Notes under the pieces: generated by a model | Told to the model about the DNA's origin: nothing | The model's database searches: none | The model's input: the letters and a program-made list of their open reading frames with translations, nothing else | Translations under genes and position numbers: made by a program | Part shown: positions 53,198-63,882 of the stretch, piece after piece | How the letters are laid out: the number at the start of each line of letters is the position of its first letter | Position numbering within the stretch: position 1 is the stretch's first letter | Source: Cyanophora paradoxa CCMP329 | Lineage: Eukaryota; Plantae; Glaucophyta | Length of the DNA stretch: 64,000 nucleotides | NCBI GenBank assembly: GCA_004431415.1 | Contig: QPMI01000513.1 | Span: 1-64,000, forward strand | Direction of reading: 5' to 3'

Positions 53198-53461
53198 ATG
53201 TCAACTACACTCTCGGTTGCAATTTCAAATGCTGAATTACTTGGACTCGAATACTGTGCTTACTCTGTTCAGGAATGGTTAGATAATGCTGTTCATAATA
53301 GGGCGAGAATCGCGATTGATGAGATTGTGGACAAAGAAGTTAAATCGTGTATTTCCGCTGGAATTCCGATTCCACTCACAAAGGAAGCGATTGTAGAGCA
53401 AGCATTTAATCGGGGGACTGTTCGAAAGGCAAGCGAAATTCCTGTGAGCGCTCCTATGTAA
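53198..53461 (+). CDS. Small phage-like fibre-associated protein
   Basis: LEYCA..VQEWLDNAVHNRARIAIDEIV resembles small proteins I recall next to C1q-fibre genes in aquatic phages (recall, not searched). Confidence 0.6.
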   Translation: MSTTLSVAISNAELLGLEYCAYSVQEWLDNAVHNRARIAIDEIVDKEVKSCISAGIPIPLTKEAIVEQAFNRGTVRKASEIPVSAPM

Positions 53462-53556
53462 AGAATTCGAATTCGAAGAATGAGAGAGGCGCAGCCAAGG
53501 CAGCTTGTCTGACGACTGGGTTTATTGTTATTTTTCATAGATCATGCATAAGAAAG

Positions 53557-54425
53557 GCATGTATCTTGCATAGTGGGCGGGGCGCGAGTTTATTTTAACG
53601 TGGTCTATCGTCGTACTTTGTCGGTGGGGCTTACCTTGATCTCGCAAGTTTGTGCAGGTGGGCATTTTCGGCATGCTTGCTCATGCACAAACTTGCTTTA
53701 AAAAATATAAAATGAAATTCGGTTTAACTCTTACGTGTTTTGCTATAACACTCTCGGCATTGGTAGTTGAGACCATCCTTCGTTCTTTGTCTTTTATTAA
53801 ACTCACTTGCAAGCTTCTCAATCTTGCAGTGCGAGCATATCTTCGATTGTACTTCGATCTTCGGACGCGTTTTTAACACACAATGATAAAGGTAATTGTG
53901 ATACTCTCGGTCGCAGTCTTTGCATCTCCAATTCAAAAGTACATTCCCTGAGCTACGCTTTTGCAATGCATAACTCGATGCCGGTTTTACCTTATCGCAA
54001 ACATTGCACCGCTTACTCTCAGGTAAATTTACTTGATTGCTTGCCATTGTTACAGTATATTAACTGCTTTAAGTGGGGATCACTTGTTTAATTGGTGGGG
54101 CTCACCTTGATTTTTCAATTTGGGTAACTGAAAACAGTCCGGAAACGATCGGGAACATTTCGTAAAAATGAGGGTCTTACTGTCCTTACTGAGAGATCGG
54201 GGGAAAGTTAAAGGGCTTACTGGGAATGGTAAGGAATTAGAAAAATGAAGAATGAAAGGGTTTCGTGATTGGTTTCAGTAAGGAAGGGTTAGATGTTTGA
54301 AAAATACAATGTGGCTCAGTGCGAATTTGTGATTTTGTGACTGAGATTCGTGATGCTGAAAATGTGCTTATTGAAAATGGTCGCGGGAAGGTCGCGCAAT
54401 TGGTGGGGGCTACCCCCAAGCGAGC
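53557..54425 (-). repeat. Right terminal inverted repeat (869 bp)
   Basis: Reverse complement of 29472-30338. Confidence 0.97.
53724..54047 (-). CDS. TIR-encoded zinc-binding protein (copy 2)
   Basis: Identical to 29848-30171. Confidence 0.7.
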   Translation of the reverse strand: MASNQVNLPESKRCNVCDKVKPASSYALQKRSSGNVLLNWRCKDCDREYHNYLYHCVLKTRPKIEVQSKICSHCKIEKLASEFNKRQRTKDGLNYQCRECYSKTRKS

Positions 54426-54475
54426 CCAAGCCCCAAGCCCCAAGCACCAAGCCCCAAGGTCCGAGCACCAAGGTC
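54426..54475 (+). repeat. Remainder of IR arm R: (MCCAAGC)n...CCAAGGTCCGAGCACCAAGGTC
   Basis: Reverse complement of 29024-29070. Confidence 0.85.
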
Positions 54476-54533
54476 AAGTAAAAATAGTCGGCCAATTTTT
54501 ACAAGTATGTACAATGGAATGACGCAATACTAT

Positions 54534-55585
54534 TTACAGCATCTCAAAGTCAGAGTCATCGTCATCGGAAACCAAGTCAATCGGGGCCTCGGGCGCCGAC
54601 TTAAGGGGAATGCGGGGAAGGGCCTGCGCTGCCTGCACTAAGTCCTGCCGCTCCTGCTCGCGCTGCGCCGCCAAGGCCGCTGCCGCCTCTGCCTCGCGCC
54701 GCTGCTGAGCCTCGACGCGCGCCTTGAGCTCGGCTGCCTCCTTCTTCTTGCGCTCGGCAATCTTGGCCAGCGTCATCTCGCGACGAAGAAGGCGCTCGTG
54801 ACGCAACTTGCGTCGGAGTTCGGCCATTTCGCGCTTGGCGATGATGCGCTTCTCAATGGTCTTGACGTGCTGAGTCAGGCGCTTGGTGTAGTGTGACGTC
54901 ACGCGAGAACGGGCAATGCCAGCGCCGATCTTCAAGTCTTTTTCGTGTTCCTTGGCGGGATTCTTGACTCGCTCGGAGTTGTCGGTGAATGACGTGGTCT
55001 CCATGAACTTCTTCTTGACGATTGACTTGGTCTTGATAATGCGGCGCTTGCGAGTCGGGTTTTCGTTGTCGCCTTCAGAGTCGGAAGAGGACTCAGAGTC
55101 GTATTGAATCGGCACGTCAAAGTCGATAAAGTCGTTGATGTCAGACTCGGCGTCAGAGGCCTCGGACTCGGCGTCATCGACTGGCTCGGGAGCGGGCTCG
55201 GCGACGGGCTGAGGGGCAGATGACGACGATGACGGAGGGGGAAATTCGTGAAGACTTGAGGGGATAGGCCCAGGCGAGCGTCTCGGCGGCAGACTCGGCG
55301 AAAAGCTTGGGTCGCCCCAGCCAGTGGGAGTCTTGACCCAGCCGGGGACGGGGGCACGTCGACGGGCTCGGGCTTGGGCTCGGGCTTGGGTTGCTTGGAC
55401 TTGGGCAGAAGGGAGGATACAAAGTTGAGGTTGATGGTATGGAAGCCTTCTCCGCTGTGAGCTTGGTAGAGGTACCCCAGCTTGCGGGCACGCTTCTCCA
55501 TTTCACGGGTAGGCCAATCGCGGGACTTAGCCCACATCTCACGGGCCTTGGCAAGGTCCTCGACAAGCTCAGAGGGAATCGACAT
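54534..55585 (-). CDS. Hypothetical protein of the outer virus (low-complexity middle, coiled-coil C-terminus; frameshifted)
   Basis: MSIPSELVEDL... and ...PIQYDSESSS...IDLVSDDDDSDFEML pieces are collinear and GC-rich like the outer virus. Confidence 0.5.
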
Positions 55586-55982
55586 CTGCGCAAAGGGAAG
55601 AGAGATCAGCAAAGGCAAAACGTGAGGTGACTGTGAGAGCGGACTTGTGAAAATTCGGAGAGGCAGGGTTTCCTTGGGCTGAGAGAGGCGGCGAACCCGT
55701 TGTAAGAGTGAGCCAAAATGGCGGCGGACCACGGTTTTGTTGCCGATTTTTTTCGCGGTCTAGTTCGCAACGGAAAACGTTGCCAACTGGCCTGAAAAAA
55801 GCCAAATTTGGCCTTTTCTTACGTTTCTCCCCCCTTCCTTCGCTGCAAACTGGACCTAAAAAAATGTTGGGCCGAAGGAAATCTCACGGAAAAAGTCCCT
55901 TCTCCCCCCTGTTTTGCTGCAAACTGGACCGCAAAAAAGTTGGACCGAAGCCCCCCTACCCCGCTGAGCGGCCTGACGGAAA

Positions 55983-56534
55983 TCACTCGAGTGCGTCCGC
56001 CGAAGGTCGAGTCTCGGGGTTGGGTGTACCCCCGTCCAGAAACTCATCTGAGGTCCACAGATTTTTCCCCAGCCGTGTCAGGTATGCCAAAACGGCCGCC
56101 TTATCCGGAAGATAATTCTCAGTCAGCAGCCGTTGAAAGGCGTTACGAAATCGCATGACAACCTCCTCTGGATTCATATCCTTTATGAACGCCATGAACT
56201 GCGAATTTTTTGCAAGCTCCTCCGCTGCAACGGTGTCCGTATTGGGGAATGCTATTGGATACGGGAAATATCCTCGTGGAACCTCAGCAAGGTTGCTGCC
56301 TTGTGTCGACTTCACTAGGAGAGGTGCGGCGTAGCCAGTCATGGATTGCTTCACGCCGAGCCCGTTGTGGCTGAAATCGTACCGTTGGCGGGCCAGGCTT
56401 CCTGTGAGCTCTTGCTCCATGCGCCCAATAAATGAGCGATCGTATGCTGCGCGCTTTCGATCGTATGAGGCTTCGACATTATCGCGTGTTGTGTCGACTA
56501 TCCTCTTCCGACGGTCCACTGTCCAACTGGTCAT
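55983..56534 (-). CDS. Hypothetical protein of the outer virus
   Basis: ATG MTSWTVDR at 56534 with AAAATTTTCG upstream. Confidence 0.6.
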   Translation of the reverse strand: MTSWTVDRRKRIVDTTRDNVEASYDRKRAAYDRSFIGRMEQELTGSLARQRYDFSHNGLGVKQSMTGYAAPLLVKSTQGSNLAEVPRGYFPYPIAFPNTDTVAAEELAKNSQFMAFIKDMNPEEVVMRFRNAFQRLLTENYLPDKAAVLAYLTRLGKNLWTSDEFLDGGTPNPETRPSADALE

Positions 56535-56571
56535 TTGAGCTTTCCCCTCCCTCCGAAAATTTCCCCGCTTT

Positions 56572-56650
56572 TGGGTCCAGACTCTGATTCCAACTCTTCC
56601 CAAGCCCCAAGCACCAAGCACCAAGCATCAAGCACCAAGGTCCTAGGTCC
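56572..56650 (+). repeat. Third copy of the IR arm (TGGGTCCAGACTCTGA...(CCAAGCA)n CCAAGGTCC)
   Basis: Same orientation as arm R. Confidence 0.8.
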
Positions 56651-56792
56651 CATTTTTCTCCCATTTTGACTCGAGATTCAGACCAAGTCCAAATCCGGAC
56701 CACGGATTCGAACCCTCGTTTTCGATCGATTTCACGCGTGAAAAACGCACTTTTCGGCCTTTTCGCATTTATTTTCTCTACCCCGGCCCAAA

Positions 56793-56930
56793 ATGGACCC
56801 CCTCCCCGAAATCGCGATCGAAAATGGTCGCGATCGTCTCGTTTTCGCGATCGTCGTGATCGGAATCGTCATCGCGATCGTCGCGATCATGGTGATCACC
56901 AGCCTCGTCTACGGTACCCCCCAGCTGTGA
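56793..56930 (+). CDS. 45-aa single-TM microprotein
   Basis: MDPLPEIAIENGRDRLVFAIVVIGIVIAIVAIMVITSLVYGTPQL; TTATTTTCT motif about 15 nt upstream. Below the ORF-track cutoff. Confidence 0.55.
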   Translation: MDPLPEIAIENGRDRLVFAIVVIGIVIAIVAIMVITSLVYGTPQL

Positions 56931-57085
56931 CCCGGAGGTTATAAGAACCTCCGCAATCCAAGCGTCACTTCCGAGTCTCGAGCTCTCGGAGTTGCCTTTT
57001 CGCGTTTGGCCCATTGTTGGCCCTCATATATAAGTATTTACATAAGCGGTTCGAGTAATTTGAGTAATAAATATAATTAAGCAGC

Positions 57086-60000
57086 TTACTCCTCGACATC
57101 TTTCAGCCGTTTTTCTCCCGTGTCAATTTCAGACTTGACGCGAGTCGCTTGATCGATACTGTACGAAGCCGTTGAACCGGAACTCTCCGATTCCTGAACA
57201 AAACCCTCTTCAAGCAGCCGTCTGATGATGTCAGAGTTCGAATTTGAAGCTGGTTGAACATCGGCATCGGGCATCTCTTCATCATCGTCGTCGTTCTCGA
57301 GCCCCGGATCCGGAGGCCCAGCGGCACCTGATGAGACTGCAGCCGCATTATTGGTCGCGATAGGCTCTTGAGCCATTTCAGAATCGAGATTCCCGTCTTG
57401 TATATTCTGTGCGCGCGATGAGAGGGAATGTATGTTTCTGAGATATGAAGTTCTTGCGTTAATAAAAAAAACGTTGTTTACCACAGCAATCTGATTCATA
57501 CAATCCGCGAGATCCTCGTCAGTCGGAGTAGGAACACCATCGGGGAACATGCTCGAGTTCAAGAGTTGGCTAATCGTTGTGGATTTCCCGACCGACGCGT
57601 AACTGCGCATGCGCAGAAGTTTCAATCAATACCTAAAACGACTCTTCATGCCAAGCCGTTGACGAATTCGAACCCGCAGAAGAGAACAGTCGAGGATGGT
57701 GTGCGTTTTGAGGACGCTTTGATTGAATTGAATTTGGTTTGAATCATTCCAAGTTGCTTTTCTGCCTGGACGAGGAAAGAATCTGCGCAGCGCGCGCGTC
57801 AGATATATATATGCACGCGCACGCAAACATTTGAACGTTTGAGATACCGTGGCTGCGGTCGAGCTCGAATCCCTGCGCATCGGCTGCTGCAGGTTGCGCT
57901 GCGGCTGTATACGTATCCGGCACCTTGGCGGCGAGGAACGATTCCTCCCGCAGGTAACCCGAGAGCGTGTCACCGAAAGCGTCCACTATGCTTGCAAGCT
58001 TGGTATCAGCATTGACATCGCGAGAATGTTCAGCTGAATCTGAAGCCTCCTGTGACTTCGCGTTTCTTGTAATTGCTGCTGCAGCAGTCGATGTTGCTTT
58101 GGTGTGAGGCTGTTGTGAAGCTGATATGGATGCGCGCGTAATTTGCAACGATTAATCTCGGGCCTCCCAAGGATTGGAATTTGCAGACCTAGACTCTTAC
58201 CTCCGGAGGGCATGCTTGTTGAAGAGCTGGACAGGTCGCGATTCCGTGGAAACGATGCCTGATGCAAAATGAAGGAGTCACGTGCAAGTACTGCCGATCT
58301 AGACGAGGGATCCGGAAATAATCACGTACCACTTCGAGTCTTTTGACTCCCCGGCGGGAGTACATCACTGCAAAGCGATCCGGTAGACTCTCGACCTGTG
58401 CGGTCCAGCAATTAAATAAGGACCAGCCGAGCGCTGTACTAATAGATGTACACAACCGAATTCGCACCATCAAGTGCGCGTTCTTCCCATCATCCGAGAA
58501 CCCGACGCGGAATCCATGGCGCAGTTCTGGGCGAGAGGTAAGGAGGCGCCGGCTAGACACGCCGGCAGGGGGCGTATGGAAAATTAGGAGGAATTCGAAT
58601 CCGCAGCTGGGCGGACCAACGTGCTGGCCATACTCTTCGACCTTTGCAATTTCCGGGAGCCCGCAGAATTCGTTGTAGGCGAGCTCTGTCGTCTTAAAGT
58701 CTTTGTATCGACTCCCGTTCTGCACGAAATAACAGTAAAACAAAACTCAGGATCGGAGAAATTGGAGACAATCCAAACGAATGTTATTGACATTAAAATA
58801 TTGCGGCTGCCCATGGCCATGTCAACACGTGCACGTGTACCTTCCTAATGAGTCGGAAGATGAAGTTGAGCAAAGAGCGCGAAACGGGATGAGTGGGCGA
58901 TGGTTTCCACTTCTTCTGGAAAAAGTGCGGGTTTGGGTTCTCAGCTCTGTTCAAAATCTCCATCGCAGTGACTCCAAGTCCCCATCTTTACGCGAAGAGC
59001 CGGTTTGTTTGAGAATTTCGTACAGCAGCAAGCCGGGAAATATTTAATGCATATGCTTACAGATCCAGCTGTTGCGGGTGCTCGATGCGGAGGTGCGAAT
59101 CTGTGCCTGAGGCGAGGAGGGGGTCCATGTAGGCCTCGTTGGCGATCCGTGTCACTGCCGTCAGCCGAGGCACGTCCCGCCCGCTGTCCTTTGAGCCAGG
59201 AGGGAGGTGCTTCGCAATTCCAAAATCAATGAGATACAGCCCGCCATCCTTGCTATCGATCATGACATTCGACGGCTGTATAAGAGAAATCGATAATAAT
59301 TATAATCAGGATTCGGAAATTATAATTGTATAACAAGAGCGTACGGTGATGTCCCTGTGAATGACGTCCATCCCGTGGGTGTACCTCAGGATCTCGAGGC
59401 CCTGCTGGAGGAAGCGCCGGGCGAACGCCTCCCGGTCCTGCAGCTCCGGGCGCTCGTCGGGGTCCGGAGAGTCCAGCAGCTGCTGAATGGACAGCCCCTC
59501 AACGCACTGCACACGAGAGTAAATATATTAATGGGGGCCACTGTGCGCTCGAGCACCTAGGAATAATAAGAAAATATGGCAGACCTCGATGACGAAGAGA
59601 GGGGTGGCGGGTCCTGTGCCGGAGCCAGCAGCTGCAGGCGCGCAGCCGTAGCTTGCGTACAAGCGAGGAATTCGAGCGAGCTGCAGACGCCGAAGGTGGC
59701 CTGCCTCGGCCTTGAAGTAGTCCTCGAAGCGCTTCGTATCCTGCTGGGATTCGTCTGCAACGCGAAAGATCTTGACCGCGAAGCAGCGTGGAGTCGGCTC
59801 CGACTGCAATTTGCCAACCGCTCTGTACACCTTGCTGGAATACAGAATTTCAACACATCAGAACTCGAGATTTGCGGTCTCATTATCACTTAACGCACCC
59901 AAAGTAGCCACGACCTAGCTCGTTCACCAGGTAGCCCTCCCACGCGTCGTTGCCGGCAGCAGCTGGGATCTTGACTAGCAGCGGACTGCCACACTTGCAA

Positions 60001-60089
60001 CTCCTCGCTCCCGACGCCATCGTCACGTGAGGAGGCTTGTTCACAGCAGAGCATTTCGCACAGAACAGCGAATCCTCCGGCGGCTGCAT
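57086..60089 (-). CDS. Host Ser/Thr protein kinase gene, multi-exon (boundaries approximate)
   Basis: Splicing GT-AG introns 59835-59898, 59507-59584 and 59276-59344 yields LGRGYFGKVYR...AVKIF...VIECVEG...HRDITPSNVM...LIDFGIAK. The 3' exons are not resolved. Confidence 0.75.
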
Positions 60090-60993
60090 GTGGATGTTGG
60101 CGGCAAAGTGTAATCAGCTTAGAATGAAATCAAGCTCGTAATTATAAGAGAAAGAAAAGCCACTGCACCGGTGACCGAAAGCCGCTGAGAAGATAATCTG
60201 TACTGCCCCAATCCAGCGAAAGCCGTGGCTTGAACTTCGCATCTTCACGCACAGATGCGTTGATTTCGAAACAAAAATTCGAATATTAATATTGATTATA
60301 ATCAAGCTGCTCTCACGCACCACCGACGTTCAGCTTCAGCTCGCGGACTTTGCCGGCAGAGCAAGTTATCTCCGAGAAGCCGTATTGAGCGAGAGTCATC
60401 GCTGCACGGTCATTTGGGCCGTTTTGAAATAGCCGAAAAGCGTTTGGCGCAAGTTCTGGCGGAATCTCGACCGTGATCTCCGTGCTTCGTTGTCTCACAC
60501 TTCGGAACACAGCACTTGAACTCCTTATGAGCTGCGCTCGGTGTATGAATTGCGCTGATCGACGACGAGAGCTCACATGTACAAGACGAACCAATGCAGC
60601 GCTGAGCAGAGCAACGGCAGAGCACAGGTCTACCACACCGATGTTGCTGTCGATGTGTGCGGTCACTTGCACTTGCGGACCCGATCGTGCATCTCCAAAA
60701 TCGGGATGGGGGGTCGGTGAACAGTTCAGCCGGTCTCGCAGTTCTTGAACTTGCAGGTACCCCCAGCCGTCATCAGAGCCAAGGAAGGCTGTGTGAATGC
60801 GATTCAGGCTACGCGTGCATGGGGAGGCTGCCGAATAATTGCATGCAAATTCGAACCGGAAGGGATAATGCCCGAAAATACGCCTGGAAGCTTTAATGCA
60901 CTGAAAAGCTCCTTTGCACTCTTAATCGTGCAAATCGGCTGCAGCTCACCGTGCTGCATCAAGTGATCATGAAGACCATGCACATGATCAAGG

Positions 60994-62400
60994 TTAAGCT
61001 GAAAGACGGTGCGCAGACAACATATGCATGTATGAGCGCACCCGTATGCAGGAGGCCAGAAGCTTTCGGAGTGCGGCCCCCGCGTGATCAGTGAAGCTTG
61101 CGAACTCCCCTGTGCCCGAGTGGAGACGCTCGGCCAGCCCGAGCGCATCCGGGCTGTCCATCGCGACTTCGACGGCATCGCCGACCAGCATCGAGACCGC
61201 AACGAGAGCAGTGCAGTAGATATCGAAGCGGGGACTCATCGCCAAGTGCTGATTTGCAGACAGCGCATGAGCGCGATATAACAGAAATCGACAGCGAGTT
61301 GGATAGAAGGAGAGTCGGTGCGCACAGGATCACGGGGGACGAGGCTTGCATTGAACCCGCACGGCACAAGGGGGACTTCACCGTGAGCGTGTGGGTTCAA
61401 GGACCTCCGGAACGCCAGACCGAAATCGTCCAACATGAACCTTGCCACGCGTTTCGTCGTCAATAATCAACCGCGATTGCGCAGGTGCTGGCAGCACACT
61501 CACTGCGGGTAGCTGTATTCTGCCTCTGCCCTCGCAACAAGGACGTTCTCGCATGTAATATCGAAGTGCACGAGCTGCGCATCCTCGTGGACTGCAGTGA
61601 GAATGAGCGACATCTGCGAAATGCACGCGCATGAGAAAAATGACTCGTAGAAGTCTGAATTTTCGATTGATTAATTTAATTTTGGACTGGGGCAGCTGCG
61701 CGTGCAGCAATGTTTCTGATGACCTGCTCAAGAAACGAGACGACATGGGGAACGGGAAAGGCAGCGCCGTGATTTCTCTGCATTTGTGCTTTGATGCTGT
61801 GCGTTTTCAATCAAAAGGTCAGGAAACGTATCGTAGTTTATAGATATCGATAATGATCGATATGTACATGTATCTGGAGCGAGCATGAACAGATCTAGAT
61901 CACGAACCTTTCTCCCGCACAGAGCGTCTTTGCGATTGCAAACGGAGCCCTTTTAAGCTCTGAGTGGTCCAAGAGGGCGGCGACGCCATAGAGTCGGAGT
62001 CTCGCTGCCAGTTTGAGAGCCCGATATTCGGCGTTCCAGGATGCGCCCCCGACTCTGCAGGAGCACAGAGAATGACCGAGTGAGTGCGGCTAGCAGAAGG
62101 CATAAAAGCTGCAGAACTAGAAGAGAGACTCACGCTTTAAACACTTTCATGGCCACTGGGTTCCACTGGACCTCGGGGCGGTTGCTGCAGCAGAGAGCGC
62201 GGAAGACGCGGCCGGCCGCGCCCTCGCCGAGCGGCCGCTCGAGGGCGTACCGCCGCTCGGGCTGCAGGAGGTGCTGGAGGTCGGGCGGGATCTGCACGGC
62301 GAGCTGCTGCTGCGGCTGCGGCGTGATGATCTCGAGCGGCTGGAGGACGCCGGGCACGAGAAGGGGCGCCCCGCACGGCGCGGGGCAGCTCCCGGGCTGG
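60994..62400 (-). CDS. Second host protein kinase (or kinase pseudogene), multi-exon
   Basis: YALERPLGEGAAGRVFRA...VAMKVFK followed by a GTGAGT donor; LDDFGLA and PRFDIYC fragments downstream. Frames are disrupted. Confidence 0.55.
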
Positions 62401-63594
62401 AAGAGGCCATCGTGGTCGCACTGCTGGAACCAGGTGCAGGTCGGACAGCACCGTCTGTGTACGCGCGCGCCGTGTTACGTATACGCATATACTATATCTA
62501 CGCTATACGTATATATGCGATCGCGCAAACGCTATGGCTAGCACTCCACTTATTATTCGGAATTGGTAGGTCCATAAGACTCCATATCTAACTAAGTACA
62601 TATGAACGCACCCGCGCCCGCCGACTGTGTTTGCCATCATGTGCACAGTGCACTGATCGCGAGTCGCGATCGGCTGGTCGATTCGCGGCCTGCGCGCGCG
62701 CATATGGAAAAAGTCAATTGCAAGATCGATATCGATATCATGGATTGGGGATCTGAACTTTGTTGTTTTAATGATAACAATATTAATGCACATATGCGTA
62801 TACGTATGCATAAGGTATCGATCATGAGCTGCAATCTAAGCTTGGCTGCAACTCGCGATCGAACGTATACGTATACATGTACATATGCATTCGCATGGTA
62901 CGTTTCGGTACCGGTATAAGCACGTACGGTTCAATATTAATGATCGCGACCGTGCGTGCAGGCGCTCCCACGCGTTCCTGTTTGCAGATGATATCGATAT
63001 CCGATGTCGATCGGACTCCGAGACCCGGGATCGGAGCGCGCAGCTCGGCTATGCTGCCTGGCCGACGATATCAATCAGATGATCGCTGAGACCGATCGAT
63101 CGGCCGCTCCCGATCCTCAGTTGCTAGAAGCGCTCGGGCGCTGGCTGGCTCGGCGGCTGCACCGCTGGATGATCGGCTGGATGATCGCTTCAGCGAGCGT
63201 ACGCAGTGAGCACTAAGCCCAGCTGCAGCGCTACTGCGCGCGGGCCAGTCTGCGGCGCTATAAGCCTTGAAGGCGCCCCGGGCCCCGCGCGCGAGGGCCG
63301 CGACGTTGACCGACTGCGCTAGCCTAGTACTAGGCTAGTAGCGCTGCGCATTCAGTAAGCTGCTGATGCCATGATCATGATGATGATCGGATATCGATGG
63401 GACTCATCGCCATGGGAGATGACCGCACTGCGCTGCTCTGCGCATGCTCATTGCCAGCTCATCGCATCCGGAAGCCGTATAGAAGCGTACCCGGGGCAAG
63501 CCACGTGCGCCAATTTCAACAAGATCTTTGCAACTGAATCGAGGATGCATGAATAGCAAATTGCCTGGACGCATGAATCGCAAATTAAATGAGC

Positions 63595-63882
63595 CAGGCC
63601 CCCGTCGCGCCGGGCCCGCGCCGCGGGGCCAGCCCCCGCGGCTGGCCCCCGGGCCCCGGCCCTGCCAGGCTGCCCGGGGCCCGGGCTGCCCGGGCGGCCG
63701 GGCCTGCCCCGGCCCCCGATTCCGCGAACCCCACCGGCGCCGGGCCCGGGGGCGCGGCCCGCGCGCCGGCCGGCGGCGGCCCGGCGCCCCGGCCACCGGC
63801 TCGGGGCCGGCCCCGGGCCGGGCCCGGCCCGGCCCCGGCCCCCGCCGCCCCCGGACCGGCCCGGGCCGGGGCCGGGCGGCCG
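63595..63882. repeat. Extremely GC-rich low-complexity tract (CCGGG/CCCGG)
   Basis: Almost entirely G and C. Confidence 0.7.

Larger units (their letters stand above)
29472..54425. mobile_element. Complete endogenous Polinton-like virus, 24,954 bp, with TIRs and 6-bp TSD CCAAGC (29466-29471 / 54426-54431)
   Basis: Near-identical TIRs; pPolB, rve integrase, ATPase, MCP and pentons; marked drop in GC. Removing the element and one CCAAGC restores the 7-bp period of the target tract. Confidence 0.95.
1..56930. mobile_element. Endogenous mriyavirus-like (small Nucleocytoviricota relative) genome, left end outside window, interrupted by a PLV at 29472-54425
   Basis: Dense, almost intron-free GC-rich ORFs with NCLDV-type MCP, A32 ATPase, A22 RuvC, VLTF3, SSB and two HUH endonucleases. 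The heptamer tract and upstream TTTTCT motif resume to the right of the PLV up to about 56,930, after which intron-containing host genes begin. Right boundary approximate. Confidence 0.75.

Noticed and set aside
29472-54425. Classical Maverick/Polinton or lavidavirus virophage
   Set aside because: No adenain-like maturation protease is recognisable, and the MCP size and gene set fit a PLV better; needs phylogeny.
56704-56714. Perfect Pol III B-box / tRNA T-loop (GGTTCGAATCC, minus strand)
   Set aside because: T-stem does not pair, no cloverleaf or clear A-box, and a T5 run lies just upstream.
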